From Macrostomum lignano (taxonomy: Eukaryota): a DNA stretch of 61,539 nt. The notes below the pieces were generated by a model, which worked only from the letters and a program-made list of their open reading frames with translations, made no database searches and was not told the origin of the DNA. Made by a program: the position numbers and the translations under genes. Shown here piece after piece: positions 27,001 through 42,000 of this stretch (position 1 is its first letter; every line of letters begins with the position of its first letter). The DNA is taken from positions 1 through 61,539 of the forward strand of contig NIVC01000770.1 of assembly GCA_002269645.1 (NCBI GenBank), in the 5' to 3' direction.

Positions 27001-30000
27001 AAGAAGTGCTTCTTCTCCTCTCGCCGCCAGAGCTCTTCCTCCCTAGCCAGTGCTGGTGGTACACGCTCCTCCTCGAAGTGGGCCGCCTCCTCCTCCCAGC
27101 TGACGCACTCTTCCGCGTACACGTACATCTTGTCGAAGGCTTCGTGCTCCTGCAACAAGCCTCGCTCATCAGGCACTGGCAGGTCGGCTTCTTCTGCGGA
27201 TGGCTTCTTCTTCGCCTCTTCCTCAACGGCCTCGAAGAAGTGCTTCTTCTCCTCTCGCCGCCAGAGCTCTTCCTCCCTAGCCAGTGCTGGTGGTACACGC
27301 TCCTCCTCGAAGTGGGCCGCCTCCTCCTCCCAGCTGACGCACTCTTCCGCGTACACGTACATCTTGTCGAAGGCTTCGTGCTCCTGCAACAAGCCTCGCT
27401 CATCAGGCACTGGCAGGTCGGCTTCTTCTGCGGATGGCTTCTTCTTCGCCTCTTCCTCAACGGCCTCGAAGAAGTGCTTCTTCTCCTCTCGCCGCCAGAG
27501 CTCTTCCTCCCTAGCCAGTGCTGGTGGTACACGCTCCTCCTCGAAGTGGGCCGCCTCCTCCTCCCAGCTGACGCACTCTTCCGCGTACACGTACATCTTG
27601 TCGAAGGCTTCGTGCTCCTGCAACAAGCCTCGCTCATCAGGCACTGGCAGGTCGGCTTCTTCTGCGGATGGCTTCTTCTTCGCCTCTTCCTCAACGGCCT
27701 CGAAGAAGTGCTTCTTCTCCTCTCGCCGCCAGAGCTCTTCCTCCCTAGCCAGTGCTGGTGGTACACGCTCCTCCTCGAAGTGGGCCGCCTCCTCCTCCCA
27801 GCTGACGCACTCTTCCGCGTACACGTACATCTTGTCGAAGGCTTCGTGCTCCTGCAACAAGCCTCGCTCATCAGGCACTGGCAGGTCGGCTTCTTCTGCG
27901 GATGGCTTCTTCTTCGCCTCTTCCTCAACGGCCTCGAAGAAGTGCTTCTTCTCCTCTCGCCGCCAGAGCTCTTCCTCCCTAGCCAGTGCTGGTGGTACAC
28001 GCTCCTCCTCGAAGTGGGCCGCCTCCTCCTCCCAGCTGACGCACTCTTCCGCGTACACGTACATCTTGTCGAAGGCTTCGTGCTCCTGCAACAAGCCTCG
28101 CTCATCAGGCACTGGCAGGTCGGCTTCTTCTGCGGATGGCTTCTTCTTCGCCTCTTCCTCAACGGCCTCGAAGAAGTGCTTCTTCTCCTCTCGCCGCCAG
28201 AGCTCTTCCTCCCTAGCCAGTGCTGGTGGTACACGCTCCTCCTCGAAGTGGGCCGCCTCCTCCTCCCAGCTGACGCACTCTTCCGCGTACACGTACATCT
28301 TGTCGAAGGCTTCGTGCTCCTGCAACAAGCCTCGCTCATCAGGCACTGGCAGGTCGGCTTCTTCTGCGGATGGCTTCTTCTTCGCCTCTTCCTCAACGGC
28401 CTCGAAGAAGTGCTTCTTCTCCTCTCGCCGCCAGAGCTCTTCCTCCCTAGCCAGTGCTGGTGGTACACGCTCCTCCTCGAAGTGGGCCGCCTCCTCCTCC
28501 CAGCTGACGCACTCTTCCGCGTACACGTACATCTTGTCGAAGGCTTCGTGCTCCTGCAACAAGCCTCGCTCATCAGGCACTGGCAGGTCGGCTTCTTCTG
28601 CGGATGGCTTCTTCTTCGCCTCTTCCTCAACGGCCTCGAAGAAGTGCTTCTTCTCCTCTCGCCGCCAGAGCTCTTCCTCCCTAGCCAGTGCTGGTGGTAC
28701 ACGCTCCTCCTCGAAGTGGGCCGCCTCCTCCTCCCAGCTGACGCACTCTTCCGCGTACACGTACATCTTGTCGAAGGCTTCGTGCTCCTGCAACAAGCCT
28801 CGCTCATCAGGCACTGGCAGGTCGGCTTCTTCTGCGGATGGCTTCTTCTTCGCCTCTTCCTCAACGGCCTCGAAGAAGTGCTTCTTCTCCTCTCGCCGCC
28901 AGAGCTCTTCCTCCCTAGCCAGTGCTGGTGGTACACGCTCCTCCTCGAAGTGGGCCGCCTCCTCCTCCCAGCTGACGCACTCTTCCGCGTACACGTACAT
29001 CTTGTCGAAGGCTTCGTGCTCCTGCAACAAGCCTCGCTCATCAGGCACTGGCAGGTCGGCTTCTTCTGCGGATGGCTTCTTCTTCGCCTCTTCCTCAACG
29101 GCCTCGAAGAAGTGCTTCTTCTCCTCTCGCCGCCAGAGCTCTTCCTCCCTAGCCAGTGCTGGTGGTACACGCTCCTCCTCGAAGTGGGCCGCCTCCTCCT
29201 CCCAGCTGACGCACTCTTCCGCGTACACGTACATCTTGTCGAAGGCTTCGTGCTCCTGCAACAAGCCTCGCTCATCAGGCACTGGCAGGTCGGCTTCTTC
29301 TGCGGATGGCTTCTTCTTCGCCTCTTCCTCAACGGCCTCGAAGAAGTGCTTCTTCTCCTCTCGCCGCCAGAGCTCTTCCTCCCTAGCCAGTGCTGGTGGT
29401 ACACGCTCCTCCTCGAAGTGGGCCGCCTCCTCCTCCCAGCTGACGCACTCTTCCGCGTACACGTACATCTTGTCGAAGGCTTCGTGCTCCTGCAACAAGC
29501 CTCGCTCATCAGGCACTGGCAGGTCGGCTTCTTCTGCGGATGGCTTCTTCTTCGCCTCTTCCTCAACGGCCTCGAAGAAGTGCTTCTTCTCCTCTCGCCG
29601 CCAGAGCTCTTCCTCCCTAGCCAGTGCTGGTGGTACACGCTCCTCCTCGAAGTGGGCCGCCTCCTCCTCCCAGCTGACGCACTCTTCCGCGTACACGTAC
29701 ATCTTGTCGAAGGCTTCGTGCTCCTGCAACAAGCCTCGCTCATCAGGCACTGGCAGGTCGGCTTCTTCTGCGGATGGCTTCTTCTTCGCCTCTTCCTCAA
29801 CGGCCTCGAAGAAGTGCTTCTTCTCCTCTCGCCGCCAGAGCTCTTCCTCCCTAGCCAGTGCTGGTGGTACACGCTCCTCCTCGAAGTGGGCCGCCTCCTC
29901 CTCCCAGCTGACGCACTCTTCCGCGTACACGTACATCTTGTCGAAGGCTTCGTGCTCCTGCAACAAGCCTCGCTCATCAGGCACTGGCAGGTCGGCTTCT

Positions 30001-33000
30001 TCTGCGGATGGCTTCTTCTTCGCCTCTTCCTCAACGGCCTCGAAGAAGTGCTTCTTCTCCTCTCGCCGCCAGAGCTCTTCCTCCCTAGCCAGTGCTGGTG
30101 GTACACGCTCCTCCTCGAAGTGGGCCGCCTCCTCCTCCCAGCTGACGCACTCTTCCGCGTACACGTACATCTTGTCGAAGGCTTCGTGCTCCTGCAACAA
30201 GCCTCGCTCATCAGGCACTGGCAGGTCGGCTTCTTCTGCGGATGGCTTCTTCTTCGCCTCTTCCTCAACGGCCTCGAAGAAGTGCTTCTTCTCCTCTCGC
30301 CGCCAGAGCTCTTCCTCCCTAGCCAGTGCTGGTGGTACACGCTCCTCCTCGAAGTGGGCCGCCTCCTCCTCCCAGCTGACGCACTCTTCCGCGTACACGT
30401 ACATCTTGTCGAAGGCTTCGTGCTCCTGCAACAAGCCTCGCTCATCAGGCACTGGCAGGTCGGCTTCTTCTGCGGATGGCTTCTTCTTCGCCTCTTCCTC
30501 AACGGCCTCGAAGAAGTGCTTCTTCTCCTCTCGCCGCCAGAGCTCTTCCTCCCTAGCCAGTGCTGGTGGTACACGCTCCTCCTCGAAGTGGGCCGCCTCC
30601 TCCTCCCAGCTGACGCACTCTTCCGCGTACACGTACATCTTGTCGAAGGCTTCGTGCTCCTGCAACAAGCCTCGCTCATCAGGCACTGGCAGGTCGGCTT
30701 CTTCTGCGGATGGCTTCTTCTTCGCCTCTTCCTCAACGGCCTCGAAGAAGTGCTTCTTCTCCTCTCGCCGCCAGAGCTCTTCCTCCCTAGCCAGTGCTGG
30801 TGGTACACGCTCCTCCTCGAAGTGGGCCGCCTCCTCCTCCCAGCTGACGCACTCTTCCGCGTACACGTACATCTTGTCGAAGGCTTCGTGCTCCTGCAAC
30901 AAGCCTCGCTCATCAGGCACTGGCAGGTCGGCTTCTTCTGCGGATGGCTTCTTCTTCGCCTCTTCCTCAACGGCCTCGAAGAAGTGCTTCTTCTCCTCTC
31001 GCCGCCAGAGCTCTTCCTCCCTAGCCAGTGCTGGTGGTACACGCTCCTCCTCGAAGTGGGCCGCCTCCTCCTCCCAGCTGACGCACTCTTCCGCGTACAC
31101 GTACATCTTGTCGAAGGCTTCGTGCTCCTGCAACAAGCCTCGCTCATCAGGCACTGGCAGGTCGGCTTCTTCTGCGGATGGCTTCTTCTTCGCCTCTTCC
31201 TCAACGGCCTCGAAGAAGTGCTTCTTCTCCTCTCGCCGCCAGAGCTCTTCCTCCCTAGCCAGTGCTGGTGGTACACGCTCCTCCTCGAAGTGGGCCGCCT
31301 CCTCCTCCCAGCTGACGCACTCTTCCGCGTACACGTACATCTTGTCGAAGGCTTCGTGCTCCTGCAACAAGCCTCGCTCATCAGGCACTGGCAGGTCGGC
31401 TTCTTCTGCGGATGGCTTCTTCTTCGCCTCTTCCTCAACGGCCTCGAAGAAGTGCTTCTTCTCCTCTCGCCGCCAGAGCTCTTCCTCCCTAGCCAGTGCT
31501 GGTGGTACACGCTCCTCCTCGAAGTGGGCCGCCTCCTCCTCCCAGCTGACGCACTCTTCCGCGTACACGTACATCTTGTCGAAGGCTTCGTGCTCCTGCA
31601 ACAAGCCTCGCTCATCAGGCACTGGCAGGTCGGCTTCTTCTGCGGATGGCTTCTTCTTCGCCTCTTCCTCAACGGCCTCGAAGAAGTGCTTCTTCTCCTC
31701 TCGCCGCCAGAGCTCTTCCTCCCTAGCCAGTGCTGGTGGTACACGCTCCTCCTCGAAGTGGGCCGCCTCCTCCTCCCAGCTGACGCACTCTTCCGCGTAC
31801 ACGTACATCTTGTCGAAGGCTTCGTGCTCCTGCAACAAGCCTCGCTCATCAGGCACTGGCAGGTCGGCTTCTTCTGCGGATGGCTTCTTCTTCGCCTCTT
31901 CCTCAACGGCCTCGAAGAAGTGCTTCTTCTCCTCTCGCCGCCAGAGCTCTTCCTCCCTAGCCAGTGCTGGTGGTACACGCTCCTCCTCGAAGTGGGCCGC
32001 CTCCTCCTCCCAGCTGACGCACTCTTCCGCGTACACGTACATCTTGTCGAAGGCTTCGTGCTCCTGCAACAAGCCTCGCTCATCAGGCACTGGCAGGTCG
32101 GCTTCTTCTGCGGATGGCTTCTTCTTCGCCTCTTCCTCAACGGCCTCGAAGAAGTGCTTCTTCTCCTCTCGCCGCCAGAGCTCTTCCTCCCTAGCCAGTG
32201 CTGGTGGTACACGCTCCTCCTCGAAGTGGGCCGCCTCCTCCTCCCAGCTGACGCACTCTTCCGCGTACACGTACATCTTGTCGAAGGCTTCGTGCTCCTG
32301 CAACAAGCCTCGCTCATCAGGCACTGGCAGGTCGGCTTCTTCTGCGGATGGCTTCTTCTTCGCCTCTTCCTCAACGGCCTCGAAGAAGTGCTTCTTCTCC
32401 TCTCGCCGCCAGAGCTCTTCCTCCCTAGCCAGTGCTGGTGGTACACGCTCCTCCTCGAAGTGGGCCGCCTCCTCCTCCCAGCTGACGCACTCTTCCGCGT
32501 ACACGTACATCTTGTCGAAGGCTTCGTGCTCCTGCAACAAGCCTCGCTCATCAGGCACTGGCAGGTCGGCTTCTTCTGCGGATGGCTTCTTCTTCGCCTC
32601 TTCCTCAACGGCCTCGAAGAAGTGCTTCTTCTCCTCTCGCCGCCAGAGCTCTTCCTCCCTAGCCAGTGCTGGTGGTACACGCTCCTCCTCGAAGTGGGCC
32701 GCCTCCTCCTCCCAGCTGACGCACTCTTCCGCGTACACGTACATCTTGTCGAAGGCTTCGTGCTCCTGCAACAAGCCTCGCTCATCAGGCACTGGCAGGT
32801 CGGCTTCTTCTGCGGATGGCTTCTTCTTCGCCTCTTCCTCAACGGCCTCGAAGAAGTGCTTCTTCTCCTCTCGCCGCCAGAGCTCTTCCTCCCTAGCCAG
32901 TGCTGGTGGTACACGCTCCTCCTCGAAGTGGGCCGCCTCCTCCTCCCAGCTGACGCACTCTTCCGCGTACACGTACATCTTGTCGAAGGCTTCGTGCTCC

Positions 33001-36000
33001 TGCAACAAGCCTCGCTCATCAGGCACTGGCAGGTCGGCTTCTTCTGCGGATGGCTTCTTCTTCGCCTCTTCCTCAACGGCCTCGAAGAAGTGCTTCTTCT
33101 CCTCTCGCCGCCAGAGCTCTTCCTCCCTAGCCAGTGCTGGTGGTACACGCTCCTCCTCGAAGTGGGCCGCCTCCTCCTCCCAGCTGACGCACTCTTCCGC
33201 GTACACGTACATCTTGTCGAAGGCTTCGTGCTCCTGCAACAAGCCTCGCTCATCAGGCACTGGCAGGTCGGCTTCTTCTGCGGATGGCTTCTTCTTCGCC
33301 TCTTCCTCAACGGCCTCGAAGAAGTGCTTCTTCTCCTCTCGCCGCCAGAGCTCTTCCTCCCTAGCCAGTGCTGGTGGTACACGCTCCTCCTCGAAGTGGG
33401 CCGCCTCCTCCTCCCAGCTGACGCACTCTTCCGCGTACACGTACATCTTGTCGAAGGCTTCGTGCTCCTGCAACAAGCCTCGCTCATCAGGCACTGGCAG
33501 GTCGGCTTCTTCTGCGGATGGCTTCTTCTTCGCCTCTTCCTCAACGGCCTCGAAGAAGTGCTTCTTCTCCTCTCGCCGCCAGAGCTCTTCCTCCCTAGCC
33601 AGTGCTGGTGGTACACGCTCCTCCTCGAAGTGGGCCGCCTCCTCCTCCCAGCTGACGCACTCTTCCGCGTACACGTACATCTTGTCGAAGGCTTCGTGCT
33701 CCTGCAACAAGCCTCGCTCATCAGGCACTGGCAGGTCGGCTTCTTCTGCGGATGGCTTCTTCTTCGCCTCTTCCTCAACGGCCTCGAAGAAGTGCTTCTT
33801 CTCCTCTCGCCGCCAGAGCTCTTCCTCCCTAGCCAGTGCTGGTGGTACACGCTCCTCCTCGAAGTGGGCCGCCTCCTCCTCCCAGCTGACGCACTCTTCC
33901 GCGTACACGTACATCTTGTCGAAGGCTTCGTGCTCCTGCAACAAGCCTCGCTCATCAGGCACTGGCAGGTCGGCTTCTTCTGCGGATGGCTTCTTCTTCG
34001 CCTCTTCCTCAACGGCCTCGAAGAAGTGCTTCTTCTCCTCTCGCCGCCAGAGCTCTTCCTCCCTAGCCAGTGCTGGTGGTACACGCTCCTCCTCGAAGTG
34101 GGCCGCCTCCTCCTCCCAGCTGACGCACTCTTCCGCGTACACGTACATCTTGTCGAAGGCTTCGTGCTCCTGCAACAAGCCTCGCTCATCAGGCACTGGC
34201 AGGTCGGCTTCTTCTGCGGATGGCTTCTTCTTCGCCTCTTCCTCAACGGCCTCGAAGAAGTGCTTCTTCTCCTCTCGCCGCCAGAGCTCTTCCTCCCTAG
34301 CCAGTGCTGGTGGTACACGCTCCTCCTCGAAGTGGGCCGCCTCCTCCTCCCAGCTGACGCACTCTTCCGCGTACACGTACATCTTGTCGAAGGCTTCGTG
34401 CTCCTGCAACAAGCCTCGCTCATCAGGCACTGGCAGGTCGGCTTCTTCTGCGGATGGCTTCTTCTTCGCCTCTTCCTCAACGGCCTCGAAGAAGTGCTTC
34501 TTCTCCTCTCGCCGCCAGAGCTCTTCCTCCCTAGCCAGTGCTGGTGGTACACGCTCCTCCTCGAAGTGGGCCGCCTCCTCCTCCCAGCTGACGCACTCTT
34601 CCGCGTACACGTACATCTTGTCGAAGGCTTCGTGCTCCTGCAACAAGCCTCGCTCATCAGGCACTGGCAGGTCGGCTTCTTCTGCGGATGGCTTCTTCTT
34701 CGCCTCTTCCTCAACGGCCTCGAAGAAGTGCTTCTTCTCCTCTCGCCGCCAGAGCTCTTCCTCCCTAGCCAGTGCTGGTGGTACACGCTCCTCCTCGAAG
34801 TGGGCCGCCTCCTCCTCCCAGCTGACGCACTCTTCCGCGTACACGTACATCTTGTCGAAGGCTTCGTGCTCCTGCAACAAGCCTCGCTCATCAGGCACTG
34901 GCAGGTCGGCTTCTTCTGCGGATGGCTTCTTCTTCGCCTCTTCCTCAACGGCCTCGAAGAAGTGCTTCTTCTCCTCTCGCCGCCAGAGCTCTTCCTCCCT
35001 AGCCAGTGCTGGTGGTACACGCTCCTCCTCGAAGTGGGCCGCCTCCTCCTCCCAGCTGACGCACTCTTCCGCGTACACGTACATCTTGTCGAAGGCTTCG
35101 TGCTCCTGCAACAAGCCTCGCTCATCAGGCACTGGCAGGTCGGCTTCTTCTGCGGATGGCTTCTTCTTCGCCTCTTCCTCAACGGCCTCGAAGAAGTGCT
35201 TCTTCTCCTCTCGCCGCCAGAGCTCTTCCTCCCTAGCCAGTGCTGGTGGTACACGCTCCTCCTCGAAGTGGGCCGCCTCCTCCTCCCAGCTGACGCACTC
35301 TTCCGCGTACACGTACATCTTGTCGAAGGCTTCGTGCTCCTGCAACAAGCCTCGCTCATCAGGCACTGGCAGGTCGGCTTCTTCTGCGGATGGCTTCTTC
35401 TTCGCCTCTTCCTCAACGGCCTCGAAGAAGTGCTTCTTCTCCTCTCGCCGCCAGAGCTCTTCCTCCCTAGCCAGTGCTGGTGGTACACGCTCCTCCTCGA
35501 AGTGGGCCGCCTCCTCCTCCCAGCTGACGCACTCTTCCGCGTACACGTACATCTTGTCGAAGGCTTCGTGCTCCTGCAACAAGCCTCGCTCATCAGGCAC
35601 TGGCAGGTCGGCTTCTTCTGCGGATGGCTTCTTCTTCGCCTCTTCCTCAACGGCCTCGAAGAAGTGCTTCTTCTCCTCTCGCCGCCAGAGCTCTTCCTCC
35701 CTAGCCAGTGCTGGTGGTACACGCTCCTCCTCGAAGTGGGCCGCCTCCTCCTCCCAGCTGACGCACTCTTCCGCGTACACGTACATCTTGTCGAAGGCTT
35801 CGTGCTCCTGCAACAAGCCTCGCTCATCAGGCACTGGCAGGTCGGCTTCTTCTGCGGATGGCTTCTTCTTCGCCTCTTCCTCAACGGCCTCGAAGAAGTG
35901 CTTCTTCTCCTCTCGCCGCCAGAGCTCTTCCTCCCTAGCCAGTGCTGGTGGTACACGCTCCTCCTCGAAGTGGGCCGCCTCCTCCTCCCAGCTGACGCAC

Positions 36001-39000
36001 TCTTCCGCGTACACGTACATCTTGTCGAAGGCTTCGTGCTCCTGCAACAAGCCTCGCTCATCAGGCACTGGCAGGTCGGCTTCTTCTGCGGATGGCTTCT
36101 TCTTCGCCTCTTCCTCAACGGCCTCGAAGAAGTGCTTCTTCTCCTCTCGCCGCCAGAGCTCTTCCTCCCTAGCCAGTGCTGGTGGTACACGCTCCTCCTC
36201 GAAGTGGGCCGCCTCCTCCTCCCAGCTGACGCACTCTTCCGCGTACACGTACATCTTGTCGAAGGCTTCGTGCTCCTGCAACAAGCCTCGCTCATCAGGC
36301 ACTGGCAGGTCGGCTTCTTCTGCGGATGGCTTCTTCTTCGCCTCTTCCTCAACGGCCTCGAAGAAGTGCTTCTTCTCCTCTCGCCGCCAGAGCTCTTCCT
36401 CCCTAGCCAGTGCTGGTGGTACACGCTCCTCCTCGAAGTGGGCCGCCTCCTCCTCCCAGCTGACGCACTCTTCCGCGTACACGTACATCTTGTCGAAGGC
36501 TTCGTGCTCCTGCAACAAGCCTCGCTCATCAGGCACTGGCAGGTCGGCTTCTTCTGCGGATGGCTTCTTCTTCGCCTCTTCCTCAACGGCCTCGAAGAAG
36601 TGCTTCTTCTCCTCTCGCCGCCAGAGCTCTTCCTCCCTAGCCAGTGCTGGTGGTACACGCTCCTCCTCGAAGTGGGCCGCCTCCTCCTCCCAGCTGACGC
36701 ACTCTTCCGCGTACACGTACATCTTGTCGAAGGCTTCGTGCTCCTGCAACAAGCCTCGCTCATCAGGCACTGGCAGGTCGGCTTCTTCTGCGGATGGCTT
36801 CTTCTTCGCCTCTTCCTCAACGGCCTCGAAGAAGTGCTTCTTCTCCTCTCGCCGCCAGAGCTCTTCCTCCCTAGCCAGTGCTGGTGGTACACGCTCCTCC
36901 TCGAAGTGGGCCGCCTCCTCCTCCCAGCTGACGCACTCTTCCGCGTACACGTACATCTTGTCGAAGGCTTCGTGCTCCTGCAACAAGCCTCGCTCATCAG
37001 GCACTGGCAGGTCGGCTTCTTCTGCGGATGGCTTCTTCTTCGCCTCTTCCTCAACGGCCTCGAAGAAGTGCTTCTTCTCCTCTCGCCGCCAGAGCTCTTC
37101 CTCCCTAGCCAGTGCTGGTGGTACACGCTCCTCCTCGAAGTGGGCCGCCTCCTCCTCCCAGCTGACGCACTCTTCCGCGTACACGTACATCTTGTCGAAG
37201 GCTTCGTGCTCCTGCAACAAGCCTCGCTCATCAGGCACTGGCAGGTCGGCTTCTTCTGCGGATGGCTTCTTCTTCGCCTCTTCCTCAACGGCCTCGAAGA
37301 AGTGCTTCTTCTCCTCTCGCCGCCAGAGCTCTTCCTCCCTAGCCAGTGCTGGTGGTACACGCTCCTCCTCGAAGTGGGCCGCCTCCTCCTCCCAGCTGAC
37401 GCACTCTTCCGCGTACACGTACATCTTGTCGAAGGCTTCGTGCTCCTGCAACAAGCCTCGCTCATCAGGCACTGGCAGGTCGGCTTCTTCTGCGGATGGC
37501 TTCTTCTTCGCCTCTTCCTCAACGGCCTCGAAGAAGTGCTTCTTCTCCTCTCGCCGCCAGAGCTCTTCCTCCCTAGCCAGTGCTGGTGGTACACGCTCCT
37601 CCTCGAAGTGGGCCGCCTCCTCCTCCCAGCTGACGCACTCTTCCGCGTACACGTACATCTTGTCGAAGGCTTCGTGCTCCTGCAACAAGCCTCGCTCATC
37701 AGGCACTGGCAGGTCGGCTTCTTCTGCGGATGGCTTCTTCTTCGCCTCTTCCTCAACGGCCTCGAAGAAGTGCTTCTTCTCCTCTCGCCGCCAGAGCTCT
37801 TCCTCCCTAGCCAGTGCTGGTGGTACACGCTCCTCCTCGAAGTGGGCCGCCTCCTCCTCCCAGCTGACGCACTCTTCCGCGTACACGTACATCTTGTCGA
37901 AGGCTTCGTGCTCCTGCAACAAGCCTCGCTCATCAGGCACTGGCAGGTCGGCTTCTTCTGCGGATGGCTTCTTCTTCGCCTCTTCCTCAACGGCCTCGAA
38001 GAAGTGCTTCTTCTCCTCTCGCCGCCAGAGCTCTTCCTCCCTAGCCAGTGCTGGTGGTACACGCTCCTCCTCGAAGTGGGCCGCCTCCTCCTCCCAGCTG
38101 ACGCACTCTTCCGCGTACACGTACATCTTGTCGAAGGCTTCGTGCTCCTGCAACAAGCCTCGCTCATCAGGCACTGGCAGGTCGGCTTCTTCTGCGGATG
38201 GCTTCTTCTTCGCCTCTTCCTCAACGGCCTCGAAGAAGTGCTTCTTCTCCTCTCGCCGCCAGAGCTCTTCCTCCCTAGCCAGTGCTGGTGGTACACGCTC
38301 CTCCTCGAAGTGGGCCGCCTCCTCCTCCCAGCTGACGCACTCTTCCGCGTACACGTACATCTTGTCGAAGGCTTCGTGCTCCTGCAACAAGCCTCGCTCA
38401 TCAGGCACTGGCAGGTCGGCTTCTTCTGCGGATGGCTTCTTCTTCGCCTCTTCCTCAACGGCCTCGAAGAAGTGCTTCTTCTCCTCTCGCCGCCAGAGCT
38501 CTTCCTCCCTAGCCAGTGCTGGTGGTACACGCTCCTCCTCGAAGTGGGCCGCCTCCTCCTCCCAGCTGACGCACTCTTCCGCGTACACGTACATCTTGTC
38601 GAAGGCTTCGTGCTCCTGCAACAAGCCTCGCTCATCAGGCACTGGCAGGTCGGCTTCTTCTGCGGATGGCTTCTTCTTCGCCTCTTCCTCAACGGCCTCG
38701 AAGAAGTGCTTCTTCTCCTCTCGCCGCCAGAGCTCTTCCTCCCTAGCCAGTGCTGGTGGTACACGCTCCTCCTCGAAGTGGGCCGCCTCCTCCTCCCAGC
38801 TGACGCACTCTTCCGCGTACACGTACATCTTGTCGAAGGCTTCGTGCTCCTGCAACAAGCCTCGCTCATCAGGCACTGGCAGGTCGGCTTCTTCTGCGGA
38901 TGGCTTCTTCTTCGCCTCTTCCTCAACGGCCTCGAAGAAGTGCTTCTTCTCCTCTCGCCGCCAGAGCTCTTCCTCCCTAGCCAGTGCTGGTGGTACACGC

Positions 39001-42000
39001 TCCTCCTCGAAGTGGGCCGCCTCCTCCTCCCAGCTGACGCACTCTTCCGCGTACACGTACATCTTGTCGAAGGCTTCGTGCTCCTGCAACAAGCCTCGCT
39101 CATCAGGCACTGGCAGGTCGGCTTCTTCTGCGGATGGCTTCTTCTTCGCCTCTTCCTCAACGGCCTCGAAGAAGTGCTTCTTCTCCTCTCGCCGCCAGAG
39201 CTCTTCCTCCCTAGCCAGTGCTGGTGGTACACGCTCCTCCTCGAAGTGGGCCGCCTCCTCCTCCCAGCTGACGCACTCTTCCGCGTACACGTACATCTTG
39301 TCGAAGGCTTCGTGCTCCTGCAACAAGCCTCGCTCATCAGGCACTGGCAGGTCGGCTTCTTCTGCGGATGGCTTCTTCTTCGCCTCTTCCTCAACGGCCT
39401 CGAAGAAGTGCTTCTTCTCCTCTCGCCGCCAGAGCTCTTCCTCCCTAGCCAGTGCTGGTGGTACACGCTCCTCCTCGAAGTGGGCCGCCTCCTCCTCCCA
39501 GCTGACGCACTCTTCCGCGTACACGTACATCTTGTCGAAGGCTTCGTGCTCCTGCAACAAGCCTCGCTCATCAGGCACTGGCAGGTCGGCTTCTTCTGCG
39601 GATGGCTTCTTCTTCGCCTCTTCCTCAACGGCCTCGAAGAAGTGCTTCTTCTCCTCTCGCCGCCAGAGCTCTTCCTCCCTAGCCAGTGCTGGTGGTACAC
39701 GCTCCTCCTCGAAGTGGGCCGCCTCCTCCTCCCAGCTGACGCACTCTTCCGCGTACACGTACATCTTGTCGAAGGCTTCGTGCTCCTGCAACAAGCCTCG
39801 CTCATCAGGCACTGGCAGGTCGGCTTCTTCTGCGGATGGCTTCTTCTTCGCCTCTTCCTCAACGGCCTCGAAGAAGTGCTTCTTCTCCTCTCGCCGCCAG
39901 AGCTCTTCCTCCCTAGCCAGTGCTGGTGGTACACGCTCCTCCTCGAAGTGGGCCGCCTCCTCCTCCCAGCTGACGCACTCTTCCGCGTACACGTACATCT
40001 TGTCGAAGGCTTCGTGCTCCTGCAACAAGCCTCGCTCATCAGGCACTGGCAGGTCGGCTTCTTCTGCGGATGGCTTCTTCTTCGCCTCTTCCTCAACGGC
40101 CTCGAAGAAGTGCTTCTTCTCCTCTCGCCGCCAGAGCTCTTCCTCCCTAGCCAGTGCTGGTGGTACACGCTCCTCCTCGAAGTGGGCCGCCTCCTCCTCC
40201 CAGCTGACGCACTCTTCCGCGTACACGTACATCTTGTCGAAGGCTTCGTGCTCCTGCAACAAGCCTCGCTCATCAGGCACTGGCAGGTCGGCTTCTTCTG
40301 CGGATGGCTTCTTCTTCGCCTCTTCCTCAACGGCCTCGAAGAAGTGCTTCTTCTCCTCTCGCCGCCAGAGCTCTTCCTCCCTAGCCAGTGCTGGTGGTAC
40401 ACGCTCCTCCTCGAAGTGGGCCGCCTCCTCCTCCCAGCTGACGCACTCTTCCGCGTACACGTACATCTTGTCGAAGGCTTCGTGCTCCTGCAACAAGCCT
40501 CGCTCATCAGGCACTGGCAGGTCGGCTTCTTCTGCGGATGGCTTCTTCTTCGCCTCTTCCTCAACGGCCTCGAAGAAGTGCTTCTTCTCCTCTCGCCGCC
40601 AGAGCTCTTCCTCCCTAGCCAGTGCTGGTGGTACACGCTCCTCCTCGAAGTGGGCCGCCTCCTCCTCCCAGCTGACGCACTCTTCCGCGTACACGTACAT
40701 CTTGTCGAAGGCTTCGTGCTCCTGCAACAAGCCTCGCTCATCAGGCACTGGCAGGTCGGCTTCTTCTGCGGATGGCTTCTTCTTCGCCTCTTCCTCAACG
40801 GCCTCGAAGAAGTGCTTCTTCTCCTCTCGCCGCCAGAGCTCTTCCTCCCTAGCCAGTGCTGGTGGTACACGCTCCTCCTCGAAGTGGGCCGCCTCCTCCT
40901 CCCAGCTGACGCACTCTTCCGCGTACACGTACATCTTGTCGAAGGCTTCGTGCTCCTGCAACAAGCCTCGCTCATCAGGCACTGGCAGGTCGGCTTCTTC
41001 TGCGGATGGCTTCTTCTTCGCCTCTTCCTCAACGGCCTCGAAGAAGTGCTTCTTCTCCTCTCGCCGCCAGAGCTCTTCCTCCCTAGCCAGTGCTGGTGGT
41101 ACACGCTCCTCCTCGAAGTGGGCCGCCTCCTCCTCCCAGCTGACGCACTCTTCCGCGTACACGTACATCTTGTCGAAGGCTTCGTGCTCCTGCAACAAGC
41201 CTCGCTCATCAGGCACTGGCAGGTCGGCTTCTTCTGCGGATGGCTTCTTCTTCGCCTCTTCCTCAACGGCCTCGAAGAAGTGCTTCTTCTCCTCTCGCCG
41301 CCAGAGCTCTTCCTCCCTAGCCAGTGCTGGTGGTACACGCTCCTCCTCGAAGTGGGCCGCCTCCTCCTCCCAGCTGACGCACTCTTCCGCGTACACGTAC
41401 ATCTTGTCGAAGGCTTCGTGCTCCTGCAACAAGCCTCGCTCATCAGGCACTGGCAGGTCGGCTTCTTCTGCGGATGGCTTCTTCTTCGCCTCTTCCTCAA
41501 CGGCCTCGAAGAAGTGCTTCTTCTCCTCTCGCCGCCAGAGCTCTTCCTCCCTAGCCAGTGCTGGTGGTACACGCTCCTCCTCGAAGTGGGCCGCCTCCTC
41601 CTCCCAGCTGACGCACTCTTCCGCGTACACGTACATCTTGTCGAAGGCTTCGTGCTCCTGCAACAAGCCTCGCTCATCAGGCACTGGCAGGTCGGCTTCT
41701 TCTGCGGATGGCTTCTTCTTCGCCTCTTCCTCAACGGCCTCGAAGAAGTGCTTCTTCTCCTCTCGCCGCCAGAGCTCTTCCTCCCTAGCCAGTGCTGGTG
41801 GTACACGCTCCTCCTCGAAGTGGGCCGCCTCCTCCTCCCAGCTGACGCACTCTTCCGCGTACACGTACATCTTGTCGAAGGCTTCGTGCTCCTGCAACAA
41901 GCCTCGCTCATCAGGCACTGGCAGGTCGGCTTCTTCTGCGGATGGCTTCTTCTTCGCCTCTTCCTCAACGGCCTCGAAGAAGTGCTTCTTCTCCTCTCGC